Positions 1 to 13,664 of a stretch of 64,000 nt of DNA are shown in pieces. The notes beneath the pieces were generated by a model. The model did not search any database and had not been told where the DNA came from. It saw nothing but the letters and a program-made list of their open reading frames with translations. The translations under genes and the position numbers were made by a program. Every line of letters starts with the position of its first letter. Positions within the stretch are counted from its first letter, which is position 1. The DNA comes from Marsupella aquatica (Eukaryota; Plantae; Marchantiophyta), in assembly GCA_973895155.1 (NCBI GenBank), contig OZ316892.1, forward strand, positions 23,941,971 through 24,005,970. Reading direction: 5' to 3'.

Positions 1-2
1 TG

Positions 3-626
3 TTGGTATGCTTGGAGAAGTTGGAGCTCCACTTGAATCGGCTCAAGACTATACCACCATCGGTCTGCCAAATCAAATCTCTCAAGCACCTCGATCTGCA
101 CATGAACAAAATGAGGGCCCTCCCAGCATCGATCGGGAACCTTACTCAATTAGAGTTCTTGGATGTGAGCAGCAATTTCAATGACTTGGTCTCCCTGCCT
201 GAATCTGTTGGTGATCTTGTTTCTCTGACACACTGCGATTTGAGCTTCAATCAAATCAAGGAACTACCAGACGCCTTAGGTAGACTCGAAAAGCTGAGAA
301 CGCTCAAACTGGAGGGAAATCCATTGGTGGTTCCACCGATGGACGTGGTGGAACACAGTCATGATGCCGTAATGGCGTATCTGCACCAAAGATATGTCAA
401 TAACACTGCAGGTGACTTACAAGTTTCTGCGAGTAGCAAGACCCTGCTTTATAATGGTAAAAACGACTACAGTCCATGGGTTCCTGCTTGTGCTGGAAAC
501 TCTCCTCTCGCTGCATGGATGGGTAGCATCTGCGGAAATATGGGGAACGTTCTCAGTGGTGGGAAAGGTGACTTCCTTGGATTTCAACAGTACCAGAGAG
601 ATGAAATGCTTGGGCAAAGACTTTAA
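3..626 (+). CDS. PIRL: 3' part of a plant intracellular Ras-group-related LRR protein (PIRL family); gene starts upstream of the window
   Basis: Tandem LxxLxLxxNxLxxLP LRRs, the LDVSSNFNDLVSLPESVGDL repeat and the C-terminal cap LEGNPLVVPPMDVVE..DAVMAYL typical of PIRLs; stop at 624-626. Confidence 0.8.
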   Translation: MVCLEKLELHLNRLKTIPPSVCQIKSLKHLDLHMNKMRALPASIGNLTQLEFLDVSSNFNDLVSLPESVGDLVSLTHCDLSFNQIKELPDALGRLEKLRTLKLEGNPLVVPPMDVVEHSHDAVMAYLHQRYVNNTAGDLQVSASSKTLLYNGKNDYSPWVPACAGNSPLAAWMGSICGNMGNVLSGGKGDFLGFQQYQRDEMLGQRL

Positions 627-3306
627 GCTTCCTTTACTCCGATATAAATACAGCCGCAGACAACGACAGACTCGAGATATGTGTATCTAGTTAGATAAGG
701 ACTTAGGGGAGGATACCCTTGAAATCTTCTCCTAGTCTGCCTTCCCAAGGCAGTTTTTGACGATCGTAGGACGTCAGCTCCAGATCCATCCGCTCTTAAC
801 AGTTAACTTTGTTGTCTTCCCCATCCCCAGAGAAATGTTTTAGACTTTGCTCAGTTTTCCACGGAAAGGAAGTTTTCCTTCTCCGGACAAGAGCACTTAC
901 CCGGTACCTATTGCTGTTTCAAAAGCAGGGGAATATTTGGTACTCTTCCAGATCGACAGCTTGTCATGAAAGTGTCACCAACTTCAATGGACAATGGCTG
1001 GTGTCGAACCAGAAAACAAAGTTATGTAATATATAACTTGAGCAGGTTATCAAATATTATGTAAAAGTATATGTTATTCATTCTGGAGTTCAAACCTCTG
1101 AAATGCTCGAGGACGCCGGTGAGTGGAGTAGGATCTTAGTTTGGGACTTTATATGGCTGTGCTGAGTGGTTACCTCCGAGTTATTAGTTAGATACCTTTA
1201 ATTTTCATTCCATTGGAACCTGCAAAGATCAGAAGGAATCGTGGTATTAATAACAGTACTTACACCTTGGTGCCACTCATTTTGAAATTCATTGCAGTCA
1301 TGGGTGAGAAGTCACTTCCATAGCAATGGAAAGTCACAACTACAGCTGCAAACGAAGATTCTGATTTCACATTCTACCACCGGGACTACCACTCGAACTT
1401 AGTTACTGGTGAAATCTGGAAAAGTGAAGCGCTTCCACGTTTCGAAACACATTAGAAAACTCAAGGTCGAAAATCTACAAACAAAACTCCCCATGGCTCA
1501 CGTCCGTTTCCAGGCACTTATTACATGAGTAGCAGGACTTTATCGATGGAAAATTGGGAGGACGTCTTTCTGCCTTACCTCAAACTTTATTCGAGATAAT
1601 TTTGTGCCCTTCGTAGTAATCTCATGATGCAAAGAACATAAATGACGCTGTCGATGAGGACAGCTTTAGCCCAGGTGCTGGTCGCCCTGCAGGGGTAAAC
1701 TTGTGCGTATACTGGACTATCTGCACACATTTTCCCGCACATTTTCTCCTTCACACCATTGTAACGTCAGTTTTAGTACAGGATGCCAGTTTGCCCTCGA
1801 TGCTGTCCGCGCTAGTTCTAAATAGTAACAATGGGGGCATTTTATAGTTTATAAGGACATGTATTACTTGCATGAAAAATCCAGGAAACTGGGATGCACA
1901 GATTGCCATGAAGTAGGTTTTGTTCTGTGTCACACTAGCCCAAAAGCAACCTTCAAAATCTCAAAGATTTCCGTGAATTGAACATTTTGTGCATGAACTG
2001 CTCTCCATACACTAGGAAAATGATGCCATCTCCAAGATGTGGTGGAGTTTGGCGGACTTACTATCGGTGATTGACAAATACTCAGGTCAGAACTGCTTCG
2101 GAGGTGCAATAAAGTTCATTACCAGAAGTGCAATTGACATGATTATGAACAACACGTCTAAATTGTTTCTGATAAACACTTGATTTGACATTACAGTAAA
2201 GTCCAGGAACTCTATTCGGGCAGAACTTTATCCTTTTGCAGTGATCACAGGATTTGAAAGAATTTTAATTTAACTTTCTCAGCCCGACATCATCAAAGCT
2301 CCAAAGCTCTGGCTATGGAATTGAAAAACTACAGGGATTACCGATCCGTGCCAAGAGACTCTAGCTCGAAACCTTGGCTATGACAAAACCCCCACCCGTC
2401 AAACGTATTTCTTCAGACATCAATGGAACAAGTGTTGTTTTCTTTGACGTCTCCTGCCGAAATCCATCGAACCATCTCTTCAAATTTTGTTACTCCAACC
2501 TCACAGCTCAGGGGGAGCCTTCATGACTTCCTTTTGAGATAATGTCCTAAATCATGCTATTATCCCAACGAGAGAGATGGTTACGTCCTCTCACTGAAGT
2601 CGTAACGTTATTAAAAACAGAACAAAAGTTCCATGAATTGGTGAATGCCGTGACCATTCTAAACTTCCTATCCTGACAAACCTGTTAATACTACTTCTGG
2701 ATCATTTTCAGCGTATCAGACATACCAACAGAGCCGGAAGAGAGTCTTGACGCTTCACATAGCATTAAAGAATTGACAGATCAGGCAGTGGGACATCCAA
2801 AGGAACCCACATTACCAATTCAAAACCGTACGAAAGAGAGACACAAGTAGAACCTAAGCCCAGCGCCAAGCGAAGTATGAATTAGCTAACATTTGTGGAA
2901 AAAACAACAAAAACTATACAGATGATACAGGCTTGCTCTCCTTACGATGAAACCATGATGAAAATTGCTCCGCACCCTGACTACCATGAGGAAAACAAAT
3001 ACACGGGTAATCACTTCTACTCATACGCGACAGATCACTTACGCCATCCCAACAATGTATGTCTCTGGAGTAATCGGATGGCAGCTGGTAATGACAATAA
3101 TTCTAAAGACGGAGTTTCCTATTCTCCTCTTCTGATGCATCAGATATTGTTTTCACCAGGTTTCTCAGCAGATTGATTGATCTGACTCGACCGGGAATGA
3201 GAACAAAACTCCACTCTGACAATTTGCCACCTTGAATCTATCCGTCCCGGATTGAGCACAACCTTTGCCATTGCGCTGACAAGTCTCATCATGTGGCTTG
3301 ATAATC

Positions 3307-3936
3307 TCAGAAACGAGCAGTGCTTGGGATCCGCTGCAACCCCTGAGTAGCAGATCCTCGCTTCTTCCGGTAATGTACAGCTGGAGCACTGAGCAGCAAG
3401 CTTACAAGGACCACTCCTTCAAACCCATACACACTCAGCTTCTCCTTCACCTCTTGGGGTATGCATGTCTTGTAGATGATAGTCTTCTGAGACACAGCCT
3501 CTCCAACGAGCCCCCGCCCCTTGGACACGTCTCCATCCACATCGTCATCAATGGGCTCCTGGTCATTCCCTTGAATGGGATCTTTCGTCACCCCCGTGTT
3601 CACCTCATCTTTCGACTTCGTGGACATGTCCACGGCGTCCCTGTCTTCAGCACACTGCTGAGCCTGATGGTATCCCGTGGGAGAGCACTTGAATTTGGAA
3701 TCTCCCTTCTCGCTGCTCGTGCAAGCCACACAGGGCCCCGAAGTGCACCACAGCGTCGTGTTTCCATCCGTCTCCTTACTCCTCAGCCTCAATTCCTCGT
3801 CCCAACTCCCATACGGGTCGGACTCGTAGAATACGGAGAGTATCCACGGAGCTATGAACAGAACGGCGGAAACACAGAGGAAGACCAGCACTGCAATTGC
3901 CCATCTCCTGTTGGAAATGCGAGCAATGTCCACCAT
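3307..3936 (-). CDS. JTB-like (jumping translocation breakpoint-like) cysteine-rich membrane protein, single exon
   Basis: ATG at 3936; N-terminal hydrophobic segment (WAIAVLVFLCVSAVLFIAPWIL), Cys pattern WCTSGPCVAC..KC..TGY...C..YKTC, C-terminal TM followed by HYRKKR, as in JTB-family (PF05439-like) proteins. Confidence 0.65.
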   Translation of the reverse strand: MVDIARISNRRWAIAVLVFLCVSAVLFIAPWILSVFYESDPYGSWDEELRLRSKETDGNTTLWCTSGPCVACTSSEKGDSKFKCSPTGYHQAQQCAEDRDAVDMSTKSKDEVNTGVTKDPIQGNDQEPIDDDVDGDVSKGRGLVGEAVSQKTIIYKTCIPQEVKEKLSVYGFEGVVLVSLLLSAPAVHYRKKRGSATQGLQRIPSTARF

Positions 3937-4019
3937 CTTCAGCGTTCTGTCCCCAAACCCTAATCCTCCCCCAAACACTGGCAATTTACCTGATCGACCT
4001 CAACGGAACCCAGTCCAAA

Positions 4020-4110
4020 ATCAATTCAATCCAATCCAATCCAATCCACTCCAATTCAGTTCAGTTCAATCCGATTCAACTCAATGCAATCCAATCCAAT
4101 CCAATTCAAG
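4020..4110. repeat. (CAATC/CAATT)n pentanucleotide microsatellite upstream of the JTB-like gene
   Basis: caattcaatccaatccaatccaatcc...caatccaatccaatccaattc read directly. Confidence 0.85.
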
Positions 4111-4546
4111 CGAAGTCCATTCCGATTGTTCTCCTCTCCATCTTCCTGCTCTGGCTGCTGCAGGCCCTGGACCGAGGATCAGCTGAGAGGTCTCTCCGAT
4201 TCTCTGCTGTTTGCTCTGGCTGGCTTCTGTTCTGCTGTGAATCATGGGAAAACGCATGCGTTTCTCGTCCTGTCGTCAATTCATGAGGAGGGTCAGCTGA
4301 CAGATCCCTCCGATTCTGCTGTTTGCTCTGGCTGGCTTCTGCTCTGCTGTGATTCATGGAAAACGCACTAATTTCTCGTCCTGTACTCAAACGATGAGCT
4401 CAGGAGCGCATGAAAAGAAGTAAAAATAATTATGTTACTAGTCTTATTTTAGGGCCGTTTTGCATGCGTGAGCTACTAAAAAAGATTAGTCCCTTTGCAC
4501 TTTCTAAATTGCCTAAATTGGAGGGATCTACACTACACTACAGGTA

Positions 4547-5008
4547 CATCGTTCACCTTAATCAGCCTTGTGCAAGAATTAGCTTTAGTACAAAATTAGT
4601 GTATGGTACTAATTTTGGTAAAAATGATTTTGAATTGCACTTACTTCACTTCCTAAATTTTCATGGATTTACACTACACATACATGGTGCACCTTAATTA
4701 GTGGCATGCAAGAATAGCTTTAGTACAAAATTAGTGTCTGGTACTCATTTTGGTAAAAATGATTTTGAATCCAAGTAACACAATTTTTTGTCGGTTTGCA
4801 GACTAGTTTTTTCCCAGTTTACATTTTGTGTAAACTGCTTGGTACTTTTAAAAATATTTGTTTCCCTCTAATTTTCCACTCTTGAGACCATAGTAACACC
4901 ATTCATGTCTGCCAAAAAAGTGTTAGCACAAAATTAGTGTGACTAACACTAATTTGTGTGTCGACGCTCTTGAATTAGTGTTGGTCAAATTAATTACAAT
5001 GAACAGTG
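4547..5008. mobile_element. Degenerate MITE, reverse-oriented relative of the 58469-58850 element, with a duplicated left end
   Basis: Right end ...taattacaatgaacagtg|ta; left ends ta|catcgttcaccttaatcag (4547) and ta|catggtgcaccttaattag (4683); internal sequence is the reverse complement of parts of 58.5-58.85 kb (aattagtgt motifs, tttggtaaaaatgattttga). Confidence 0.7.
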
Positions 5009-5274
5009 TAGATTTCTCTTGTCCAGCTAAGTCTCACTATATAGAGCCATGCATCCACAAGTCTGCAACATTTTGGAGGCTCAGACTCCCTAAAACTTAA
5101 GAAAAAGAAGTTTTACAAATGTTCTTGACCCTTACTAGTTTGGAATATTCTTAGATTTTTCTGAAAGTTGGTAAAAAGCCCCTATCTTTTCCCCATTGTT
5201 TTGTTCTATCAATGTGATATATATCATTGAGTGTTTTTCCTTCTACTTTTTGATCTGCAATTACAGGGGCACCA

Positions 5275-6605
5275 ATTCATGGTGACTAGGCTCCCATATA
5301 CTCGGAATGTGGAGCAGGAAGCCCTTCCTCCCCATGATACCAAATCCTAGATGGATCTTGGGAGCTGATAAGTCTCACAAAGGTAAGAGTGTGTGTCCTC
5401 TACCAATGGTTAGCCAAATTCTCCATACCACAATGAACCCCATTGTTTGGTCAATCAGTGTGCTATATCACTCACTCTTGTCCATTCTAGTTTTTGATGT
5501 GCAACTACCATAAGATGCACAATTCATGGTGACTAGGCTCCTAGATACCCAGAATGGGAGCAGGAAGCCCTTTCTCCCCATGAAACCCTGAGGGTCAAAT
5601 TTGAGATGGATTTTGGGAGCTGACAACTCTAACAAAAGTAAGAGTGACTGTGTACACCAACTTAATTTCCACCTCCCCCAAAAATGGTTGCCACTTTTGG
5701 GTAACATTCATTACAGTTTTTGTATGTCATTGGTACTTTCCCACCTAATCATGGACCCCATTGCCAGAATCTAATGGTCATCAGTAAATCTAGGGATATC
5801 TGATGGTCCGGATGTAATCCAGGACAAACCAACAAAGAATATTCCTAGCATCTCCTCCCTTAGAGCTGCTGACATTCACCACACTGGCTAAAAATTTAAA
5901 AAACCTTACAAATTACGCTGGTGTGTACTATACCATGTGACCACTGGTAGGACAAACTTTCCATACTACAATGAACCCCTATTCTTTTTGTTATATCAAT
6001 GTCCTATATCACTCACTGTTGTCCATTCTAGTTTTTGATGTGCAATTACACAAGACGCACACTTCATGGTGACTAGGCTCCTAGATAACCGGAATGGGAG
6101 CAGGAAGCCCTTCCTCCCCATGAAACCCAGAGGTCAAATCTGAGATGGATCTTGGGGGCTGACAACTCTACCATGGGACCACCGGTTGGACAAATTTTCC
6201 ATACCACGCATTGCTTTGTTATATGAGTGTGCTATATCACTGAGTGTTTCCATTCTACTTTCTGATGCGCAACTACACAATACACACAATTGGTGGTGAC
6301 TGGCTCCCAGCTACCCAGAATGGGAGCAGGAGGCCCTTTCTCCCCATGAAACCTTCGTGGTGACTAGGCTCCTAGATACCCGGAATGGGAGCAGGAAGCC
6401 CTTCCTCCCCATGAAACCTTCACGGTGACAAGACTCCTAGATATCCGGAATGGGAGCAGGAAGCCCTTTTTCCCCATGAAACCTTCATGGTGACAAGACT
6501 CCTAGATATCCGGAATGGGAGCAGGAAGCTCTTTCTTCCCATGAAACCCAGAAGGTCAAATCTGAGATGGATCTTGGGAGCTGACAACTCTCACAAGGGG
6601 AAGAG
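5275..6605. repeat. Complex repeat array with an ~60-bp core (gtgactaggctcctagatacccggaatgggagcaggaagcccttcctccccatgaaacc)
   Basis: Dispersed longer units near 5280, 5525 and 6065, and four head-to-tail ~60-bp units at about 6295-6550, just upstream of the TMEM256-like ATG. Confidence 0.85.
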
Positions 6606-6723
6606 TGTCGAGTGGAGAAAAGGAAGAGCAGAGTCGACTCTGGTCCTCTCTTCAATTATGTCATGAGAAGATCGCACGAAGAAGCGCATCAGGAGCTACT
6701 GAAATTTGCAATCGAGGAAGGAA

Positions 6724-8787
6724 ATGAGTGAAAACGGAACGGCTGAAGAAGAAGAGCGCCTGATGGGTGGTGGCAGTCCTGCAACCAGGCCTCTGTGGCT
6801 CTATGCCTCCGATGCGCATGTGTGGCACAAGGTGGCTGCCGTCTCAGGTCTGACTGTGTTTCTATACTGGCTCTGCCGCTTTTGGACGTCCAATTCGATG
6901 ATATGTTTCATCTGAATGGACTTGAATTTCTTGTGATCTGGGTGGCAATCGATCATTGAAAGAGTGGTCTAGTCTTGCAAACGCTGCACTCAGCAATGCT
7001 CACGAATTGATGTTGAGTGGCTTACTTTCTCTCCGTCCGACTAATCTCCGTATGTAAAGGGCGAATGTTGGATTCGCCGGATCGATTTGGGACCGGACCC
7101 CAGTGAGCCCCTGAGCTGAGAGATTGCAATACGTTAGAAGAAAGTCGGGCAGTATTAGAGTATGATTGCCGCTGATAGGTTTTTCATGAAAGGAACAAAG
7201 AACGTCAGACCTCCATCGGCCGGCATGTTCCAGTTCTACAGTGGAGCCCTTGTGAATAGGGGTTGGATCTGCCAGCATGTTCTGTTCTACAGTAGAACTC
7301 TGGTGAATTAGGGTTGAGGCAAGCTAAACATGAAATTTTGCAAACTGGAAGGGTAATTACTAGTTTATGCTCTGAAGATAGAGTCCGCGGGCCTTAACAC
7401 ATACAACGGCCAGTCCGTAACAGGAGATTATACGTGTGATGAAGCACGAGCGTTATTCAGTTTGTTGAAGCACGACTGTTTGTTCAATTTGTTGTTCAGT
7501 TCTTGTTCCTAAATAGTTCTTATGAAGGAATTTTGTCTCTCGCTTGCTTTGCTTCTCTGGTAGTCGCATAGCATCCTGGTTAAATACGTCGTCCGCAATT
7601 CGCTGTGACGTCCAAATTTAGTATGCTATGGACCTCAACATGCACTAGGTTTATTACATCTCGCAAAGGTCAGGCCAGAGTAACTTGGTCATGCTCTTCA
7701 ACATATTAGCGACCTGCAAGCGCGTCTCATAAATTGATCCCACTCGGATAGATTTCTGCTGGGCTTTGCTGGGAGTGTTGCTTCTTCATGTTTGGCTTTT
7801 GGAATACAATGATAGGCTCTCATATTCTCTTCATATTACAGATTTTAATGTGTCCTTTGGTCTGTGTGCTGGAATCTTAGTCCGAAACGACCACTTGGGA
7901 GTATATTTTCATGCTTAGGATGGCCTCTAATTATCATATTCTCGTTTCTGCAGGTATGGCAGCCCTAGCTTTAGGGTCATATGGTACACACATCTTCAAG
8001 CCGAAGAATTTGGCCTATAAAGATGTACTACCTTAAAATCTCTTGAAGTTGGTCCTAATGCTTCTGCTTGCCTTGACTGCCCGCTAAATCGAATAACGGT
8101 TATGATAAAGATGCCACGCAACTAATCCTGAACTGTTCGTCTGGTTTTAACCTTGCCAAGATTCTCCTGTCGTCGTCCACATTAATGTATTTGATAATAT
8201 CAACTGATCTTGATTCTCTGTGCTCAATGGGCAGGTCTATCAAGCAGCGAATTTGTATCACTTGGTGCACACGGCAGCCTTGCTTGGAGCTCCCCTCACA
8301 AAGAGACCAAATCTTGTAAACTTTCTTTCTTAGTTCACTCTAGTTCGGCTAAATAAAGAAAGATGTTTTCCGATTGCCAAGATCTTGTTTCCCTTAAGAT
8401 TTGTTCATTATTTGCTCTGACTCCAGTTTCCTACATGTGACAGTTTGGAGGCCTGCTATCTTTAGGGATTGTCGCCTTTTCTGGATCGTAAGTACCCACA
8501 CTTTTTCTCTTTCATTTGCAAGTTCTCGATTCTCAACTTTAAAGGACTTGCTGATTTGGCTCAGATATGAAATGCATTCTCACCGCGTCTATCAGATAAA
8601 ATGACAGACGATATTGCTGCACTTGTTGCCACAGCAATATCTGACCAGGAATGGGGCTTCTAATTCATAATATGAATTTAATCACAGGTGCTACGCAACG
8701 GCCGTAATGGAAAGTCGAGATTGGGCACTCCCAGCTCCTTTTGGTGGCTTTGCTTTGATAGCGGCATGGGCATCTTTGTTATTCTGA
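6724..8787 (+). CDS. TMEM256: TMEM256/DUF423 family small membrane protein; exons 6724-6847, 7954-8024, 8235-8315, 8444-8487, 8688-8787
   Basis: GT-AG introns with compatible phases join ...WHKVAAVSG-MAALALGSYGTHIF..YKD-VYQAANLYHLVHTAALL..RPNL-FGGLLSLGIVAFSGS-CYATA...APFGGFALIAAWASLLF*, the DUF423 (PF04241) pattern. Confidence 0.9.
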
Positions 8788-9299
8788 GATTTTCCGATTA
8801 GTAGCATTAAAGCAATGTCTTTCTGAGGTTGGGGACTGGACCCCTTGACGGACACAAATCGCCAAAACAGTAGGGTGCCAAGTAAGCCACGGTATGGTAT
8901 CCCCACTACCGGATGGCTTAAAATGTAAAGTGGTAGCTTGATGAAGAGCATTTCCCTGCAGGTAGACCCTTTGGCATTTGGTGATCGAGCCACGCACTGT
9001 AAGTGGGCTCCTCTTCAAGAACATTCTCATTCTGTGTATTTCGCTTGTAGCAAATCTAAACTATAATAAAGGATCCTGGGTCTCCTTATGAAATGCCATT
9101 TGTGGGAACAACCCAGGCGGATGGAGTTTGTTAGCCATTTTCTCTGACCATTGGATTCCTTAGCCCCACTGCTTGCCCTCCGCATCCATTCAATTGCCAC
9201 TGCCTTTGTGGATTCAATATGGCCAATTTCCATTGCCTGCCTGGCTGCCTCCCTTGTGTAGTGCCCTAAGGTCAGCCTCAGAGGGTCTCCACTGGGACT

Positions 9300-9560
9300 G
9301 CATACCGCCCTGTAACCACCATATGAGATAGATAGGCTCAATTTGCAGGCCGGGTGCCCTACTGCCACCCCACAACCTCTATTATAGCCCCTAACCACCA
9401 TTGAAGATGAATAGCGGCTCAATTTGCTGGCGGGATGCTCCACCACCCCCCCACAACCTCTATTAAATTTGTGGCCTCTAACCACCATTCAAGATGGGGA
9501 GCGTCTTAATTTGCCTCTGGGATGCTCCACTGCCACCCCGCAACCTCTATTAAATTTGCA
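9300..9560. repeat. Degenerate ~80-90-bp tandem repeat (3 units; core ccaccccacaacctctatta)
   Basis: Core recurs near 9365, 9445 and 9535. Confidence 0.65.
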
Positions 9561-11294
9561 GCCAGCCCTACCCTCAAAACACTGACCCCAACCGCTAGTT
9601 TCGGTTGTGTTGGTGGTCTGGGAACGAAACCTCCATTCGTTTGCCACCTGAATGGGTGAATGCACATAAAGCACCTGATCCAAGCATGGCCACTGGTGGA
9701 CCGCCAACTTTGCAGCTTGCCCTATGTATCACCCCAATGCTCCCCTTTGCTTCAAACAATATGGCCTTTGCTTCAACAATAGTTTCTGGATCTAACGAAG
9801 CATTCGGTTATAACCCAATGCATTTGGTTCTGTTAGATCTATGAATTACATTTAGGTTATAACCCAATGCATTTGGTTCTATTAGATATGTGAATTACAT
9901 GTAGAATGATGAAGAGAATAGTTACTCTCTCTCCAACCTACACCCCATGGAGGCCGAGATGTGTGGAACTAATCTAAGTGAATCTTATCTTAATGTACTC
10001 CAGGGTTAACTAACCTTAATAAAGCCAAACTAACTAAAACCGAGAATTCAAGTCAATTACTAACACCAATTCAGGTCTATATCTTATTTTATTTATTGGA
10101 CCAGCAAGTGTGGATACTCCCTTTAACAACATGACTAACAACATGATAATTATTTTGACAATGATTTGTTAGGGAGTCTCAAAGCTTCAAAGTTGCCTAT
10201 GATGAGTTTGGCCATAAACAAATGATTGTCACTTTTTCATAGAGTTGTGTAATAGTTTTTTTTCAAATCCTTTTGCACTAGCCTCTATAGTGACTTATAG
10301 CCATGGCATATGAACAATATTTATTTATGGAAAACAATTATGGACTACTGATTTATGGCATATGACCAATCTATATACATGGAAAATGTTATGGACTACA
10401 AATTTGGTTGTTTGTAACTTTTTCTGTCCATAACCTTAATTTCTATTTTGTCTGGCACAGGTTGCTAGATCTCATCATTTGTCACTACCAATTCTCTTGC
10501 AACAGTTTTTATTTGTTCTGCTTACTTCTCTAGTGAACCATCAGCATCTACCAAAAATTTCCTCCTTGCTGTGTTTAATTGTTTCCAATTGGCCACAAAT
10601 GTTTATGCATATAAGGAAGATTATCAATATTTGTTTGATCCCATTGCTGTGGGCACTGTCATTCGGCCAATAAATGCTGATGCATGCATGTAAATTGTAA
10701 CCGAGTAGGGGAGTATTTGTTGGTTGTGTTTTGTTTGTACCGGAATCACACTTTGTTTTGAGTGATTTTATGCTTTGGATCCAAAGGATAAAGGCTCAGA
10801 GCATGTAATTTAGGGTTTTAGTCATTGACATCAGTCTACCGTATCTAAGTGCGTGTCTAAGTGCGTGTCTCCTGGGAAGACACCCCAAGCCCGCAGTTAT
10901 CCACATTATGCACATCATCATAAGTGCATGTTGCACTTCTCCATATGTGCCTGTTGCACATTCCTCTAAGTGCATATGAAATTGCTGATGCGTTTAAGAT
11001 TTAAGATTGTCTTGTTGGGTCATCCACATCAATTTCTCAAACTAAGAATTCTCTTATTGCACAATTCAACTGGCTAAATACATGAAATTACAATATGTAG
11101 TTGTCTGCAGCACTTATCAACAAATGCTTCAATGTGTTGCAATAATTGATAAATGTATCTGTACTTTTATAGACAAAAAAATGGGCAACTTACACATGGT
11201 GCATTTTTTGATGCATTTACAATATAATTTGGTGTATTATTGAAGGATTACATGACCACCCTGCAATTAGCCACTAAATGCAGTTATACAAGCT

Positions 11295-11880
11295 GCACTT
11301 ATACACGGGAGGCTGTATATATTTGCCCGTGTAAATTTAATCTTCACACCTTCGATGAGTGCTGAAATTCTTTGTAACACTGACTTCTAAATAAAAGTTT
11401 CCGGTGCGTTTCCTAGAGATGACTGGTGCCGATTAGATCAGTGCACTTATACAGGGTAGGCTGTATTTATTTGCCCGTGTAAATTTAATCTTCACACCTT
11501 CGATGAGTGCTGAAATTCTTTGTAACACTGACTCCTAAATAAAAGTTTCCGGTGCGTTTCCTAGAGATGACTGGTGCAGATTAGATCAGTGCACTTATAC
11601 AGGGTAGGCTGTATTTATTTGTAAATTTAATCTTCACACCTTCGATGAGTGCTGAAATTCTTTGTAACACTGACTCCTAAATAAAAGTTTCCGGTGCGTT
11701 TCCTAGAGATGACTGGTGCAGATTAGATCAGTGCACTTATACAGGGTAGGCTGTATTTATTTGCCCGTCTAAATTTAATCTTCACACCTTGGATGAGTGC
11801 TGAAATTCTTTGTAACACTGACTCCTAAATAAAAGTTTCCGGTGCGTTTCCTAGAGATGACTGGTGCAGATTAGATCAGT
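11295..11880. repeat. Tandem repeat, 4 units of ~142-148 bp
   Basis: tgcacttataca...cttcacaccttcgatgagtgctgaaattctttgtaacactgac...ccggtgcgtttcctagagatgactggtgc recurs at about 11295, 11442, 11590 and 11732. Confidence 0.95.
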
Positions 11881-12254
11881 TCACCTGCGACTCTCTCCCG
11901 TCGTTTGCACCCGAAGGAAATTTCGACTTTCAACGCCCAGTTGTGTGAGTGGTGAGTGGTGATGTTCACTGGGTACGTCCTGTCATATGAGTGAAATAAT
12001 ATCTCGTGTACACACACTGCAATAGGATCCAAGGCTAACAAGCTTGGTACTCGAACAACACCCAATCTAAGTAGAGTTCAAACTTGAACCTCCATCAAGG
12101 CGTGTGAAACCCCTCCAAGTAAATGTCTGATACTCTGCCTGTATCTAAGCTTGGCAGGAATGTTCTGCTCAGATCATGTACTTAAGTTCTCGAAATAGAA
12201 TGAAACGACAGAGCTGGTGGAACATCGATCCTAGCTTGAATTCAAAATCACCAT

Positions 12255-12862
12255 TTCATGAAGATCGATGCTCATGGACATGTACGTGGATCACGAATCA
12301 TTGAAGATTTGAATTCATGAAGATCGATACTCATGGACCATGGACGAGAGAGTGACATGTACGCGGATCACGAATCAGAAGCATTTGAATTCATGAATGT
12401 CGATGCTCATGGACCATGGACGAGTGAGTGACATGTACGTGAATCACGAATCATTGAAGCATTTCAATTCATGAAGATCGATGCTTATGGACCATGGACG
12501 AGTGAGTGACATGTACGTGGATCACGAATCATTGAAGCATTTCAATTCATGGAGATCGATGCTCATGGACCATGGACGAGTGAGTGACATGTACGTGGAT
12601 CACGAATCATTGAAGCATTTAAATTCATGAAGATCGATTCTCCTGGACCATGGACGTAGGAGTGAGTGACATGTACGTGGATCACGAATCATTGAAGCAT
12701 TTCAATTCATGAAGATCGATGCTCATGGACCATATATGGACGAGTGACATGTACGTGGATCACGAATCATTGAAGCATTTCAATTCATGAAGATCGATTC
12801 TCATGGACCATGGACGAGTGAGTGACATGAACGTGGATCACGAATCATTGAAGCATTTCAAT
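12255..12862. repeat. Tandem repeat, ~8 units of ~78 bp
   Basis: acatgtacgtggatcacgaatcattgaagcatttcaattcatgaagatcgatgctcatggaccatggacgagtgagtg repeated with an ~78-bp period. Confidence 0.95.
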
Positions 12863-13664
12863 GAAACATGTAGTTGACTGGACTGTCCTCAGCAATTGGA
12901 CTCTCCTCTTCGTTTTCAGAAGACAGATAATGGACTCAATGCCAGGATACAAAAAGGTTACACATCGTAAAGTTATTATTCCTTTGCTGAAGAATTCACG
13001 ATACAAGTATGTCTTGTGTTATAGCTGAAAATTTCAGTATCAACATAACAAAATGTTGAGTAAAATGCAAACAAACAGCTCTATCACGTCTCCGCTGTAA
13101 CAACAGTGCCGAGCATCGTGAATCCAACCAGCTGAGATCCGAACCATTCCGCAGTTTCTAGCTAGCATCGAGCACGTACTTCCAAAATTCTCGACGCGTG
13201 AACGGGCACGTGAAGAAGTGGCTGTTGGTGAAGTCCATCGATCATTCTCGTAGCTTGTCACAAACAGCTTCAAAATCCTCTTCCAATCAAAATTGGGGGC
13301 ATAATTAACAAAATCAGACGACCTGACTAGCATAACTAAAGAATTGGCCTAGACTGGGTCAAAAGCACCCAAACTTCAATCCTCTATAAACACTTCGCAA
13401 GGTATAATGTCTATCGAGCAGATGCCCCAGCGGTAATCAAAATGTCAAAATTGGGGGAACACCAGATCATTCAAAATTCTGGTCGTCCCGTTTTCCGAGG
13501 ACCATCTAATGGAGTGGATAGATCCGTATCCAATGATCCTACTGTGGCCAGCGGCCTGGGCCGAGCAGAGAGCCACTGCACTTACTGCCTCGTCAATGAA
13601 CCGGGGTTTGATGGGTAGAAATCCACGTCCGTCGGGACCGCATGGATTTCCTTGCCTGCCGAAA

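Noticed and set aside
3298-3963. 221-aa plus-strand ORF
   Set aside because: Antisense shadow of the JTB-like CDS.
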